Assembly (NCBI GenBank): GCA_963767005.1
Contig: CAVYCN010000018.1
Coordinates: 1-64,000 of the forward strand
Length of the DNA stretch: 64,000 nucleotides
Source of the DNA: an uncultured Actinomycetes bacterium
GTDB lineage: Bacteria; Actinomycetota; Thermoleophilia; UBA2241
Direction of reading: 5' to 3'
A program made the translations under genes and the position numbers. The notes beneath the pieces are model-generated. The model was not told where the DNA came from. It ran no database searches and worked only from the letters and a program-made list of their open reading frames with translations. This document shows positions 29,692-38,297 of this stretch, piece after piece. The number at the start of each line of letters is the position of its first letter. Position 1 is the first letter of the stretch.

Positions 29692-30957
29692 TCACGTCGC
29701 GCCCACTGTCGTGAAGCGCGCGGTCGACTCCTTGAGCGCCTCGATCACCGGCATCGGCTTGCCGGAGAGGAACTGCACCATGGCGCCGCCGGCCGTGCAG
29801 ACGTAGTCGAAACGGTCGCCAAGGCCGAAACGGTTGACGGCGCGCACGCTGTCGCCGCCGCCCAGGGCGCTGAAGCCCTTCGTGCCGGCCATCGCGTACC
29901 ACAGCACCTTGGTGCCGAGCTCTGTCTCGGGCTTCTCGAACACCCCGGCCGGACCGTTGGCAAAGACCGTGCCGCAGGCCGCGATCCAGGCGGCGTAGTC
30001 GGCGATCGTGTGAGCGCCGATGTCGACGATCTGCTCGGCGACCGGCAGATCGGCGACGGCCATCTCGCGGCGCGCCCCGCCGGCAACGACGGCGAGGTCG
30101 CTCGGCAGCACGATCTTCTCGCCGTGCTCGGCGAGGATCGTCTGCGATTCGTCGATGAACGGCTCGAGCTGGCTCTGCCTGATGAAGTCGAGCGAGGGCG
30201 CGCCGACATCGACGCCCGCCGCGACCAGCATGACGTTGGCCACGAGCCCGGCGGTGAGCACCCGGTCGACCATGCCGTCGCGCAGGGCGGCGGCCATCAT
30301 CGGGAAGGCCTCCTGGACCTTGGTGCCGCCCAGCAGGAAGACGCAGGGCCGGGCCGGCGCCGCGCGCAGCCGCGCCAGGTTCTCGTACTCGCGCTCGAAC
30401 AGCCGGCCCATGGCCGACGGCAGGAGCTGCTCGAAGCCGACCAGCGTGGGCTGCGAACGGTGGGCCGCGGCGAAGGCGTCGCAGACGTACAGCTCGGCAA
30501 GCGGCGCGAGCTTGCGCACGACCAGCGTCTTCGCCTGGTCCGCGGGGCTCAGCTTGAGCCTGTTCTCGAACAGCGTGAGCTCCTCGCCGCAGTACCTGAC
30601 GTTGTCGAGCAGCAGCACCTCCCCGTCGCCGAGCGCCCGCACCGCGTCGCGGGCGGCCGGCCCGCAGACGTCGTCGATGAAGGCGATAGGGCGGCCCACG
30701 AGCTCGGTCAGCACCGCGGCGTGCGGCTCGGTCGAGGCGTAGTTGTGGTACTCGAGGTCGCCGCCCTGGTGAGCGAGCAGCACCACCCGAGCGCCGCCCT
30801 CGGCGAGCTCACGCACGGTCGGCGCGCAGCCCCGGATACGGGTCGTGTCGGCGAGACCGCCACGCTCCGGGTCGAGCGGCGAGTTGATGTCGACCCGGCA
30901 GAGCACCGTGCGACCGGCGAGCTCGAGGTCGTCGAGCGTGTTGATGCCGTACTTCAT
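29692..30957 (-). CDS. pgk: Phosphoglycerate kinase, archaeal-type, divergent
   Basis: RVDINSP, DAFAAAHRSQPTLVGF, NGPAGVFE and GGGDS; AHQGG replaces the usual (S/A)HxGR. Confidence 0.85.
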   Translation of the reverse strand: MKYGINTLDDLELAGRTVLCRVDINSPLDPERGGLADTTRIRGCAPTVRELAEGGARVVLLAHQGGDLEYHNYASTEPHAAVLTELVGRPIAFIDDVCGPAARDAVRALGDGEVLLLDNVRYCGEELTLFENRLKLSPADQAKTLVVRKLAPLAELYVCDAFAAAHRSQPTLVGFEQLLPSAMGRLFEREYENLARLRAAPARPCVFLLGGTKVQEAFPMMAAALRDGMVDRVLTAGLVANVMLVAAGVDVGAPSLDFIRQSQLEPFIDESQTILAEHGEKIVLPSDLAVVAGGARREMAVADLPVAEQIVDIGAHTIADYAAWIAACGTVFANGPAGVFEKPETELGTKVLWYAMAGTKGFSALGGGDSVRAVNRFGLGDRFDYVCTAGGAMVQFLSGKPMPVIEALKESTARFTTVGAT

Positions 30958-30985
30958 GGCAGGCTCCCGCGGCCGGGCGGCGGCC

Positions 30986-32026
30986 TCAGACCGCCGTCGC
31001 GACGGCCGCGCTCATGCCGAGGTAGCCGTTGGTCAGACTGACGGCCTCGAGGCGGTCGCTCTGCAGCGACAGGGCGGCCCGTACGGCGTCCATGCTCTCG
31101 GGGATGACGACCGCTTCCTGCGGGATGTTGATCGCGAACATGAACTCGCGGCCGCTCTTGGCGATGGTCTCGTCGAAGACGGCGATCTCGTACATGTCGG
31201 CGCGCTTGTGACCGAGGTCGCGCGCGTAGCGGAACAGCGCCGAGTTGGAGTTGAAGCCGTCCGCGATCTTCACGACGCGGATGCGCGGATGCGCGTCGAA
31301 GAGCTCGAGGGCGCGCTCCTTGGTGATGTCGGCCTTGGTCGTCGCGCACACGTTGATGATGTGGCCGTGCGTGGTCGGCACGTGGACGAGCAGGCCGGTG
31401 GCCTCGATGTGCGGCATGATCGTCATGAGGTCGAGCGCCTGGTGGTTGGGCACCGGCTCGACCTGGGCGACGTCGACGAGGCCGCGATGCGTGTCGCCGG
31501 GGTCGGCCACGCGGCGTACGATCGTGACGATCACGCGCTCCACGCCGACCTCGCGGTCAAGGCAGTCGACGGCCCGGATCAGGCCGGTCGTGTTGCAGCT
31601 CGTGAGCTTCAGGTAGTCCTTGCCGACGCCCTTCTCGTAGTTGGCGTAGCCGTGAAAGAAGACGTCGACGATGTCGTTCTTCTCGCCGCCCTGGAAGACG
31701 GCCTTCACGCCGCGCGCCTGGTAGAGCTCCTTGTTCAGCCGGCCCACGCCGCCGGGCGTCGAGTCGAGCACGATGTCGACCTTGCCGAGCAGGTCGTCGA
31801 GCGTGCCCGACACGGGGATGCCGAGGGCGTCGAAGGCCGCCTTCTGCTCGGCCGCGACGACGTACAGCCGGTAGGGCATGCCGCACTCGTGCAGCGCCCT
31901 GATCGCCAGGGTCGGGGCGACGTCGACGACGCCGGCCAGCTCCATGTCGCCCTGCAGCGCGACGCCGTCGGCCAGGCGCTGGCCGATGACCCCGTAGCCC
32001 ACCACCGCCACGTTCGGCTTGCTCAT
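30986..32026 (-). CDS. Type II (archaeal-type) phosphorylating glyceraldehyde-3-phosphate dehydrogenase
   Basis: GYGVIGQRLADGV, FQGGEK, catalytic SCNTTGL, VRRVADP and QEAVVIPESMDAVRA. Confidence 0.88.
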   Translation of the reverse strand: MSKPNVAVVGYGVIGQRLADGVALQGDMELAGVVDVAPTLAIRALHECGMPYRLYVVAAEQKAAFDALGIPVSGTLDDLLGKVDIVLDSTPGGVGRLNKELYQARGVKAVFQGGEKNDIVDVFFHGYANYEKGVGKDYLKLTSCNTTGLIRAVDCLDREVGVERVIVTIVRRVADPGDTHRGLVDVAQVEPVPNHQALDLMTIMPHIEATGLLVHVPTTHGHIINVCATTKADITKERALELFDAHPRIRVVKIADGFNSNSALFRYARDLGHKRADMYEIAVFDETIAKSGREFMFAINIPQEAVVIPESMDAVRAALSLQSDRLEAVSLTNGYLGMSAAVATAV

Positions 32027-32134
32027 GATCTTCTGCTCCTTGCGCTCGAGTTGCTGCGGTGGACCGTGGCGCGCGCCGGCCGCCCTTGGCGGTCGCGCAT
32101 CGCGGTCCACCCGTCACGGAGGGATTCGCTCATC

Positions 32135-32212
32135 GCCGAGAGGGGGCGGGCCGGCTCAGCGTCTGCACTGCGCACCACCGTCCGCGGGTCCGCCGGCCCG
32201 CCCCCTCTCGGC
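32135..32212. repeat. Perfect 21-bp inverted repeat (36-nt loop) after the aminotransferase gene
   Basis: GCCGAGAGGGGGCGGGCCGGC (32135-32155) pairs with GCCGGCCCGCCCCCTCTCGGC (32192-32212); no U-tract. Confidence 0.75.
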
Positions 32213-32221
32213 CACGTCGTC

Positions 32222-33586
32222 CTAGATGCCGAGCTGCTCTTCGACCACGCCGATCGACTCGTCGAGCACGCGCACGACCTCGTCGATCTGCTCCTTGCTG
32301 ATGATGAACGGCGGCGCCACGGCGTGGCAGTGACCGCCGCCCAGCAGGCGCACGAACACGCCGCGCTTGAAGGCCTCGTCGCGCACCTTGGCGGCCGCGC
32401 CCACCGCCGGCGGGAACCACTCCCTGGTCGCCTTGTCCTGCACGTACTCGATGCCGGCCACGAGGCCCACGCCGCGCACGTCGCCCACGATCGGGTGCTC
32501 GAGCAGCGTCTTCAGACCCGCCTGCATGTAGGCGCCGACCTCGGCGCAGCGCTCGACCAGGTGCTCGCGCTCGACGATCTCGAGGTTGGCGAGGCCGGCC
32601 GCCGAGCAGAGCGGATGGCCGTTGTAGGTGGCGCCGCTCATGAAGGCCTCGCCCGGGCCGCCCAGGAAGGCGTCGTAGACGTGGTCCTTGGCGCCCACCG
32701 CGCCGAGCGGCAGGTAGCCCGACGACAGGCCCTTGGCCAGGGTGATCAGGTCGGGATCGGAGCCGAACTGCTGAAAACCGAACCACGTGCCCGAGCGCCC
32801 GAAGCCGGTGATCACCTCGTCGTTCACCACGAGCACGTCGTTTGCCTTGCAGGTCTCGCAGACCAGCGGCCAGTACTCGGGCGGCGGTGGGATCACGCCG
32901 CCCGTGCCGATCATCGTCTCGCCGAGCATGGTGCCGACGTTCTCGGCGCCGTAGAAGGCGATCTCCTGCTCGACGACCTTGGCGCACTCCATCTTGCAGT
33001 CGTCGCCGTAGGTCTTGTTCCAGGCGCAGCGGTAGCAATAGGGCGCGCCGAGCTTGATGAAGCCGGGCAGCAGCGGCTCGAACTTCTGGCGGTTGACCGA
33101 GAGCCCCTGGGCACTCGTCGAGGTCATCGTGGTGCCGTGGTAGGAGCGGTCGCGGAACAGCACCATGTACTTGGTGCCGTTGCCGCGGTTGCGATGGTAC
33201 TGGCGCGCCATCTTGATGGCGGTCTCGACCGACTCGCCGCCGCCGAGGGTGAAGAACACGTGGTTCAGGTCGCCCGGCATGAGGCTCGCCACCTTGGCGG
33301 CGAGCTTGATCGTGGGCTCGTTCGCGATCTGGAAGATGTGGTAGATCGCGAGCTTGTCCATCTGCGCCTTGATGGCGTCGTAGATCTCGGTGCGTCCGTG
33401 GCCCACGTTGACGGTCCACAGCGACGCGAAGGCGTCGATGTAGGCGTTGCCCTCGGTGTCGTAGACCACGGCGCCTTCGGCGTGGTCCATGATGATCGGC
33501 TTCAGGCCCTGCATCTGCGTGAACGGCGGCCAGAGGTGGCCGAGAAAGTCGTCCTCCAGCCGCGGCGTCTGGCTTACCTCTGTCAT
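32222..33586 (-). CDS. Class III (omega-amine) aminotransferase
   Basis: SLWTVNVGHGR, GGESVETAIK, SYHG, DEVITGFGRSG and TLAKGLSSGY. Confidence 0.92.
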   Translation of the reverse strand: MTEVSQTPRLEDDFLGHLWPPFTQMQGLKPIIMDHAEGAVVYDTEGNAYIDAFASLWTVNVGHGRTEIYDAIKAQMDKLAIYHIFQIANEPTIKLAAKVASLMPGDLNHVFFTLGGGESVETAIKMARQYHRNRGNGTKYMVLFRDRSYHGTTMTSTSAQGLSVNRQKFEPLLPGFIKLGAPYCYRCAWNKTYGDDCKMECAKVVEQEIAFYGAENVGTMLGETMIGTGGVIPPPPEYWPLVCETCKANDVLVVNDEVITGFGRSGTWFGFQQFGSDPDLITLAKGLSSGYLPLGAVGAKDHVYDAFLGGPGEAFMSGATYNGHPLCSAAGLANLEIVEREHLVERCAEVGAYMQAGLKTLLEHPIVGDVRGVGLVAGIEYVQDKATREWFPPAVGAAAKVRDEAFKRGVFVRLLGGGHCHAVAPPFIISKEQIDEVVRVLDESIGVVEEQLGI

Positions 33587-33618
33587 GGCTCCTCCTCGCT
33601 CTCCTGCCCGGGTCGCCC

Positions 33619-34254
33619 TCAGCGGACGAGCGCCTTGGCGAGATCGACGGCCGCCGCCGCGTTGGCGCCGTAGCCGTCGGCCCCTACCTCATCGACGAAC
33701 GCCTGCGTGACGGGCGCCCCGCCGCAGACCACCTTGACGCTGTCGCGCAGGCCCTCGGCCTGGAGCAGCTTCACCGTGTCGCCCATCTTCGGGATGGTCG
33801 TCGTCAGCAGGCCGCTCATGCCGATGAGGTCGGGCTTGTACTCCTGCACGGCCGCGACGAACTGGGCCGGCGTGATCCCGGTGCCCAGATTGTGCACGGT
33901 GAAGCCGGCCCCCTCGAGCATCATGGCTACGAGGTTCTTGCCGATGTCGTGCACGTCGCCCTCGACCGTGCCGATCACGATCGTGGCGACGGCGCCGCTG
34001 TCGCCCTCGGCAAGGCGCGGCTTGAGGATATCGAGGGCGCCCTGCATGGTGCGCGCGCTGAGCAGAACCTCGGGGATGAACGACTCGCCGGCGCGCATGC
34101 GCTGCCCGACGACGTCCATCCCGGGCAGCAGGCCGCCGTCCAGGATCTCACGGGCGCCGACCCCCTGCTCGAGCAGTTGCCGCGTCAGCTCCTTCGCGCG
34201 CTCGCCGTCACCGGCGATGACCGCCTCTTTCACGTTCTCGTAGGCATCCGCCAT
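33619..34254 (-). CDS. Methyltransferase cognate corrinoid protein (MttC/MtbC-like)
   Basis: FIPEVLLSA cap domain; B12-binding GDVHDIGKNLV, SGLLTTT and GGAP motifs. Confidence 0.93.
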   Translation of the reverse strand: MADAYENVKEAVIAGDGERAKELTRQLLEQGVGAREILDGGLLPGMDVVGQRMRAGESFIPEVLLSARTMQGALDILKPRLAEGDSGAVATIVIGTVEGDVHDIGKNLVAMMLEGAGFTVHNLGTGITPAQFVAAVQEYKPDLIGMSGLLTTTIPKMGDTVKLLQAEGLRDSVKVVCGGAPVTQAFVDEVGADGYGANAAAAVDLAKALVR

Positions 34255-34354
34255 GGCCGTCCCCAGTCTCCTTTCAGCCCGATCCCGCTCGATCACCAGG
34301 CGCGCGCCGACGTCGCGCCTGCCTGAGCCGCGACGACGTGGTCGATCGCCGGCA

Positions 34355-35842
34355 CTAGAAGGTCACCGCGGTCGCCTCGACGCCGAGCTCCTTCTCGGTC
34401 TCCTCGACGATCGCGCGCAGGCGCTCGAGCACCCCGGCCGGCAGCGGCGCCGGCTCGTGCGTGGCGAGCAGCCGGCGCGCCTCGGCCGTGGCGCTCGCAT
34501 ACAGGTCGGCGCCGCCGGCGGCGGCCCAGTCGTCGCGTACACGCCGGTCGATCAGCCTCGCCTGCGACTGCGAGCGCATGTGCTTGTACGTACTGTCGAG
34601 GCTCAGGAAGTCGCCCTGCGAGCCGACCTCGTGGATATCGTCGATCATCAGCAGCTCGTCGGTCACCGGGATGCCGCCGATCGTGAACTTGATGAGCCGC
34701 GCGAACTCGCAATCCATGAGCAGCTGACCGTAGTCGAAGGTGACGCCTGACTCGAGCATCCCCAGGCCGTAGATCAGGTTGGCCCCTGCCAACGCTGGAA
34801 GCAGGCCCGTGAGAGTCTTCTCGTGACCGGACTGCGCGTCACCGAGCTTGGCGTCGCCCTACGCACCGGCGACCCAGCTCGGCAGCAGGTAGAAGCGCGC
34901 GAGCTGGGCCACGGCCGCGTTGATCAGGCCGCACTCGGGGCTGCCGACCGAGGCCGAGGCGAGACGCAGGTCCATGGCCGTCGTCGAGCTGCCGTAGACC
35001 ACCGGCGCGCCGCGCCGAGTGAGCTGGGCCAGGGTGATGCCCGACAGCACCTCGGCGTTGTGGGTGACGAGCGTGCCCGACAGCGAGACCGGCGACGAGG
35101 CGCCCGCCATCGCCATGCTCAGCACGTTCACCGTGCTGCCGCTGCGGGCCGCGCCCATGATGATCTCGCAGCAGTCCTTCACCAGCTTGAGCGGGCTGAC
35201 CGGGCAGGTGATGAACGACACGAGCGGGCGGCGCCGCAGGGCGGCCGCGCCGCCCACGACCGCGGCCGCCATCTCGACGACGCGCTCGAGCAGGTGGCCG
35301 TTGATCGGGCCGATGAAGACGTGCTTGGTCGTGTTGGCGAAGATCGCCTCGGCGTTGTGCAGCGGCACCGCGTCCTGCGGCACGTCGTGCGCGCCGATCG
35401 GGCGCTCGACCACGTCGATCTCGGGCAGCGCGTCGATCAACCGGGTCGCCTCGGCGACGTCGCGCTTGGTCGGCTCGCGCAGCGCGCCGGTCTCGGGGTC
35501 GGTGACCTTGATGCCCTCGCCGAAGTTGGTGAAGCCGACGCGGCCCGGCTCGAGCACGATGTCGTTCTCGGGCACGCGCCCGCAGAGCGTGATGGACGAC
35601 GGCGCGCTGCGCACGGCGTCCTCGACCAGGTGGGCCGGCAGGCGCACGATGCGGGCGTCGCGCTCGACGTCGGCGCCGCCCGCCTCGAAGAGGTCGAGCG
35701 CGGCGTCGTCCTCGACCCACACGCCCGTCCGCCCCAGCACCTCGAGCGTCGCCAGGTGGATGTCCTGGATCTCGTCGTCGGTGAAGACGTTCAGGCTGAG
35801 CCCGCCAGACGCCTTGTGCCCGGCGTGCGGGTTCCTTCTCAT
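34355..35842 (-). CDS. mttB: Pyrrolysine-containing trimethylamine methyltransferase MttB homolog (in-frame TAG at 34859-34861, codon 328; 495 aa)
   Basis: ORF 34859..35842 continues in frame into 34355..34792, reading LPSWVAGA-(TAG)-GDAKLGDAQSGHEKTLTGLLPALAGANLIYGLGMLE, which is the MttB Pyl context. Confidence 0.9.
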
Positions 35843-35971
35843 GGCTCGACCTCCTTCGAGCGCCTGGCCGCCGCCCGCCTGCGGCGGGCGGCGCCGATCA
35901 GTACCGCGCGGGCGGCGGCCGCAGGGAGAGGACGTCCGCCGCCCGCCCGTGAGTGCGGGAGCCTGTCGTCG

Positions 35972-37405
35972 CTAGTGCTCCCGTCCGTGGTCCAGCGCCG
36001 GCTCACGCACCAGGCCGGTCTTGCGCTTGAGCCGTTCCACACAGTTGATCCTGATGTCGAGCAGCTCGGCGATGCGGGCCTTGGCCTCGAGGCCCTTGGC
36101 CACACCCGGCACGGCGGTCACCGTGCCGATGTCGAGCTCCTCGCGCAGGGTGCGCATGAGGGTCGAGTCGGACAGGTCGGACACGCCGACCCCGAGCTTG
36201 TCGGCCACGTATGCCTTCGCCTCGGGGAGCCTCATCTTTCTGAGCTGCATCCTGGCCACCAGATCTCCAGCGGTCTTGATGCCGCCGATCGACGAGGCAA
36301 GCGCGTGCGCCATGCCCATGCCGTTCGGGTCGCCGGTACCCACCTATAACCCGTCGGCGCGGCCGATCTCGACCATCGCCGCGCTGGCTCGCGTGACCAT
36401 GTCGATGGGCGAGACCTCGAACATGGGCACGCCGCCGACGCCGTTGCCGACGTTCGGGTGGATCGGGATCGTCGCCTCGGCGGTGCAGGCCTGCACGAAG
36501 GTCACCGCGCGCGCCACGTTCCAGGCGCACGACTTCTTCGAGTTGTTGTTGACGACCGGCCCGAAGATGGCGGCGCCGGCCTTCTCGACGACCTTCACCT
36601 GCTGGTGCGGCCAGAGGCCGGCCAGGCGCGTGCCGTCGTACTCGAGCTCGCCGTGGAAGCCGAGCACGTTCTCGGCCGCCATGCCGATCTGGACGGCCAT
36701 GTCGGTGGTGCTCGAGATGTGCTCGCAGGCGCGCAGGGTGGCGAGGAACTCGGCGTCGCCGGTCGAGGCCACCGTGTCGTAGTTGATGCCGTCGGCGGCC
36801 ACCTCGACCATGCGCTCGGACAGCCAGATGGTGTCGGCCTGGCAGACCTCGAGCGCCTCCTCCTGCGTGCGCCGTGCCTCGTCGATCTTGCCCAGCGGCA
36901 GCAGGTCGGACGGGTTCTCGAACGAGCCGTCGGGCCGGTAGTAGAGGCCGAGGTTCGGCATGAAGCCGTAGAGCAGCGGCAGGATGGTGATGTGCTGGAG
37001 CAGCTCCATGTGCTCCTGCTCGACCGTAGCGATGAACTTGCAGGGCTTCACGGAGTAGTCGAGGTGACCGACCTCCATCGAGTCGAAGGCGAAGGCGGTC
37101 TCGAACAGGCGGATCGCCTGCTCGCGGCTGATCGGCGCGGCGATGCCGCTCGACAGGCGCGACGAGCAGAGCGTGTTGACCGAGCCGTCCTTGCTCATGA
37201 CCGCCTCGTGGCCCCGCTCCACGCCCCAGATCCGCTGAGGGCTGGCGAACATGTCCTCGAGGTAGTCGAGCTCGTTCTCGCAGAGCGGCGGCATCTTGCC
37301 CCTCGCGGCGGCTGCCTCCGTGCCCTCGACGAGGTCGCGACGCAGGTCGTCACGACTCATCTGCACGGTGGCGCCGTCCCCCATGCGCGTCGTGATGGTG
37401 CTCAC
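35972..37405 (-). CDS. mtbB: Pyrrolysine-containing dimethylamine methyltransferase MtbB homolog (in-frame TAG at 36344-36346, codon 354; 477 aa)
   Basis: N-terminal TRMGDG and [12 protein letters not shown]. It reads [10 protein letters not shown]-(TAG)-VGTGDPNGM...[13 protein letters not shown]...[12 protein letters not shown], matching the MtbB Pyl context. GTG start with a GGAGG RBS. Confidence 0.9.
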
Positions 37406-37502
37406 AACTTCGCCACCTCCTCTGCCGGCCGCGTCGACCGGGCAAGTCCCGCGGTGCCGTCGGAGCCCCGGCGCGGCCTGTATGCGTCCACGAGTTGGCC
37501 GG

Positions 37503-37531
37503 ATGCTATCCCACCCAGGTGGATAACACAA
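37503..37531 (-). promoter_or_regulatory. mtbB operon promoter with a CCACC-N2-GGTGG operator in the spacer
   Basis: Minus strand TTGTGT-17 nt-TAGCAT; the spacer contains ATCCACCTGGGTGG. Confidence 0.65.
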
Positions 37532-37580
37532 GCGGCGACACACCGCCGGACCAGTTCTACGACCTCGTGACGCGGAACCG

Positions 37581-38297
37581 CTAGCCTGCCGCTGCGCCGT
37601 CCCGCGCGGCGAGCCCCCTGAGCTCGGCCATCGAGTTGCGCAGCAGCAGCTCGAGGGCCGAGAGCGGGCGCCGCAGGTCGAAGTGCTCAGGGTCGAGCCC
37701 GGCCTGGATCGACAGGCCGTCGGGGATCGCGGCGATGAGCTCGGCGAGGCCGGTCAGGATCTCGTGCTGGCGGCCGTCAGCGCCCTCGGCGGCGAGGCCC
37801 AGCCACTCGAGGTTCTGGCGATACCACCAGCGATACAGCTCGAACATGCGCTCGCGCAGCTCCGGATGGCGGAACGCGTGCGGCAGGATGTCGAAGAAGC
37901 CGCGGAACGAGTCGGCCCCGACGATCATGCCCTCGATGCCGATCATGGCCGCGTGCAGGCGGTCGTCGGCGCTCACTGTGCGCAGGTCGGCGGCCAGGCG
38001 CAGGCACTCGTCGTGGATGAGGGCGTCGACGACGGCGGCCACCAGGCCGGCCTTGTTGCCGAAGTTGTAGCGGATCGAGGCCTTGTTGACGCCGGCTTCG
38101 GTCGCCACGTTCTCGAGCGTGAGTGCCCCGTAGCCGCGCTTGGCGAGCAGCCGCGACGCCGCTTCGAGGATCTTCTGCGCCGTCTCGGGCAGCGTCGACA
38201 GCGGGTCCTCGAACGGCACCCACTTGCTCGCCTTCTTCGGCGCCGGCGCGGTCCCCCCCGCGCCGGACCTGGTCGTCTGTCGGGCGGCGCCGCTCAT
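37581..38297 (-). CDS. TetR/AcrR family transcriptional regulator
   Basis: HTH ILEAASRLLAKRGYGALTLENVATEAGVNKASIRYNFGNK; ATGA overlap with the upstream methyltransferase. Confidence 0.9.
   Translation of the reverse strand: MSGAARQTTRSGAGGTAPAPKKASKWVPFEDPLSTLPETAQKILEAASRLLAKRGYGALTLENVATEAGVNKASIRYNFGNKAGLVAAVVDALIHDECLRLAADLRTVSADDRLHAAMIGIEGMIVGADSFRGFFDILPHAFRHPELRERMFELYRWWYRQNLEWLGLAAEGADGRQHEILTGLAELIAAIPDGLSIQAGLDPEHFDLRRPLSALELLLRNSMAELRGLAARDGAAAG

Noticed and set aside
34255-34357. Readthrough fusion of mttB into the corrinoid protein
   Set aside because: The corrinoid gene is in a different frame (offset 103 nt), and a TGA follows in the mttB frame.
34355-37405. Reading the split mttB and mtbB ORFs as pseudogenes or as four separate genes
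   Set aside because: Both breaks are in-frame TAGs at the family Pyl positions, and the sequence is intact on both sides.
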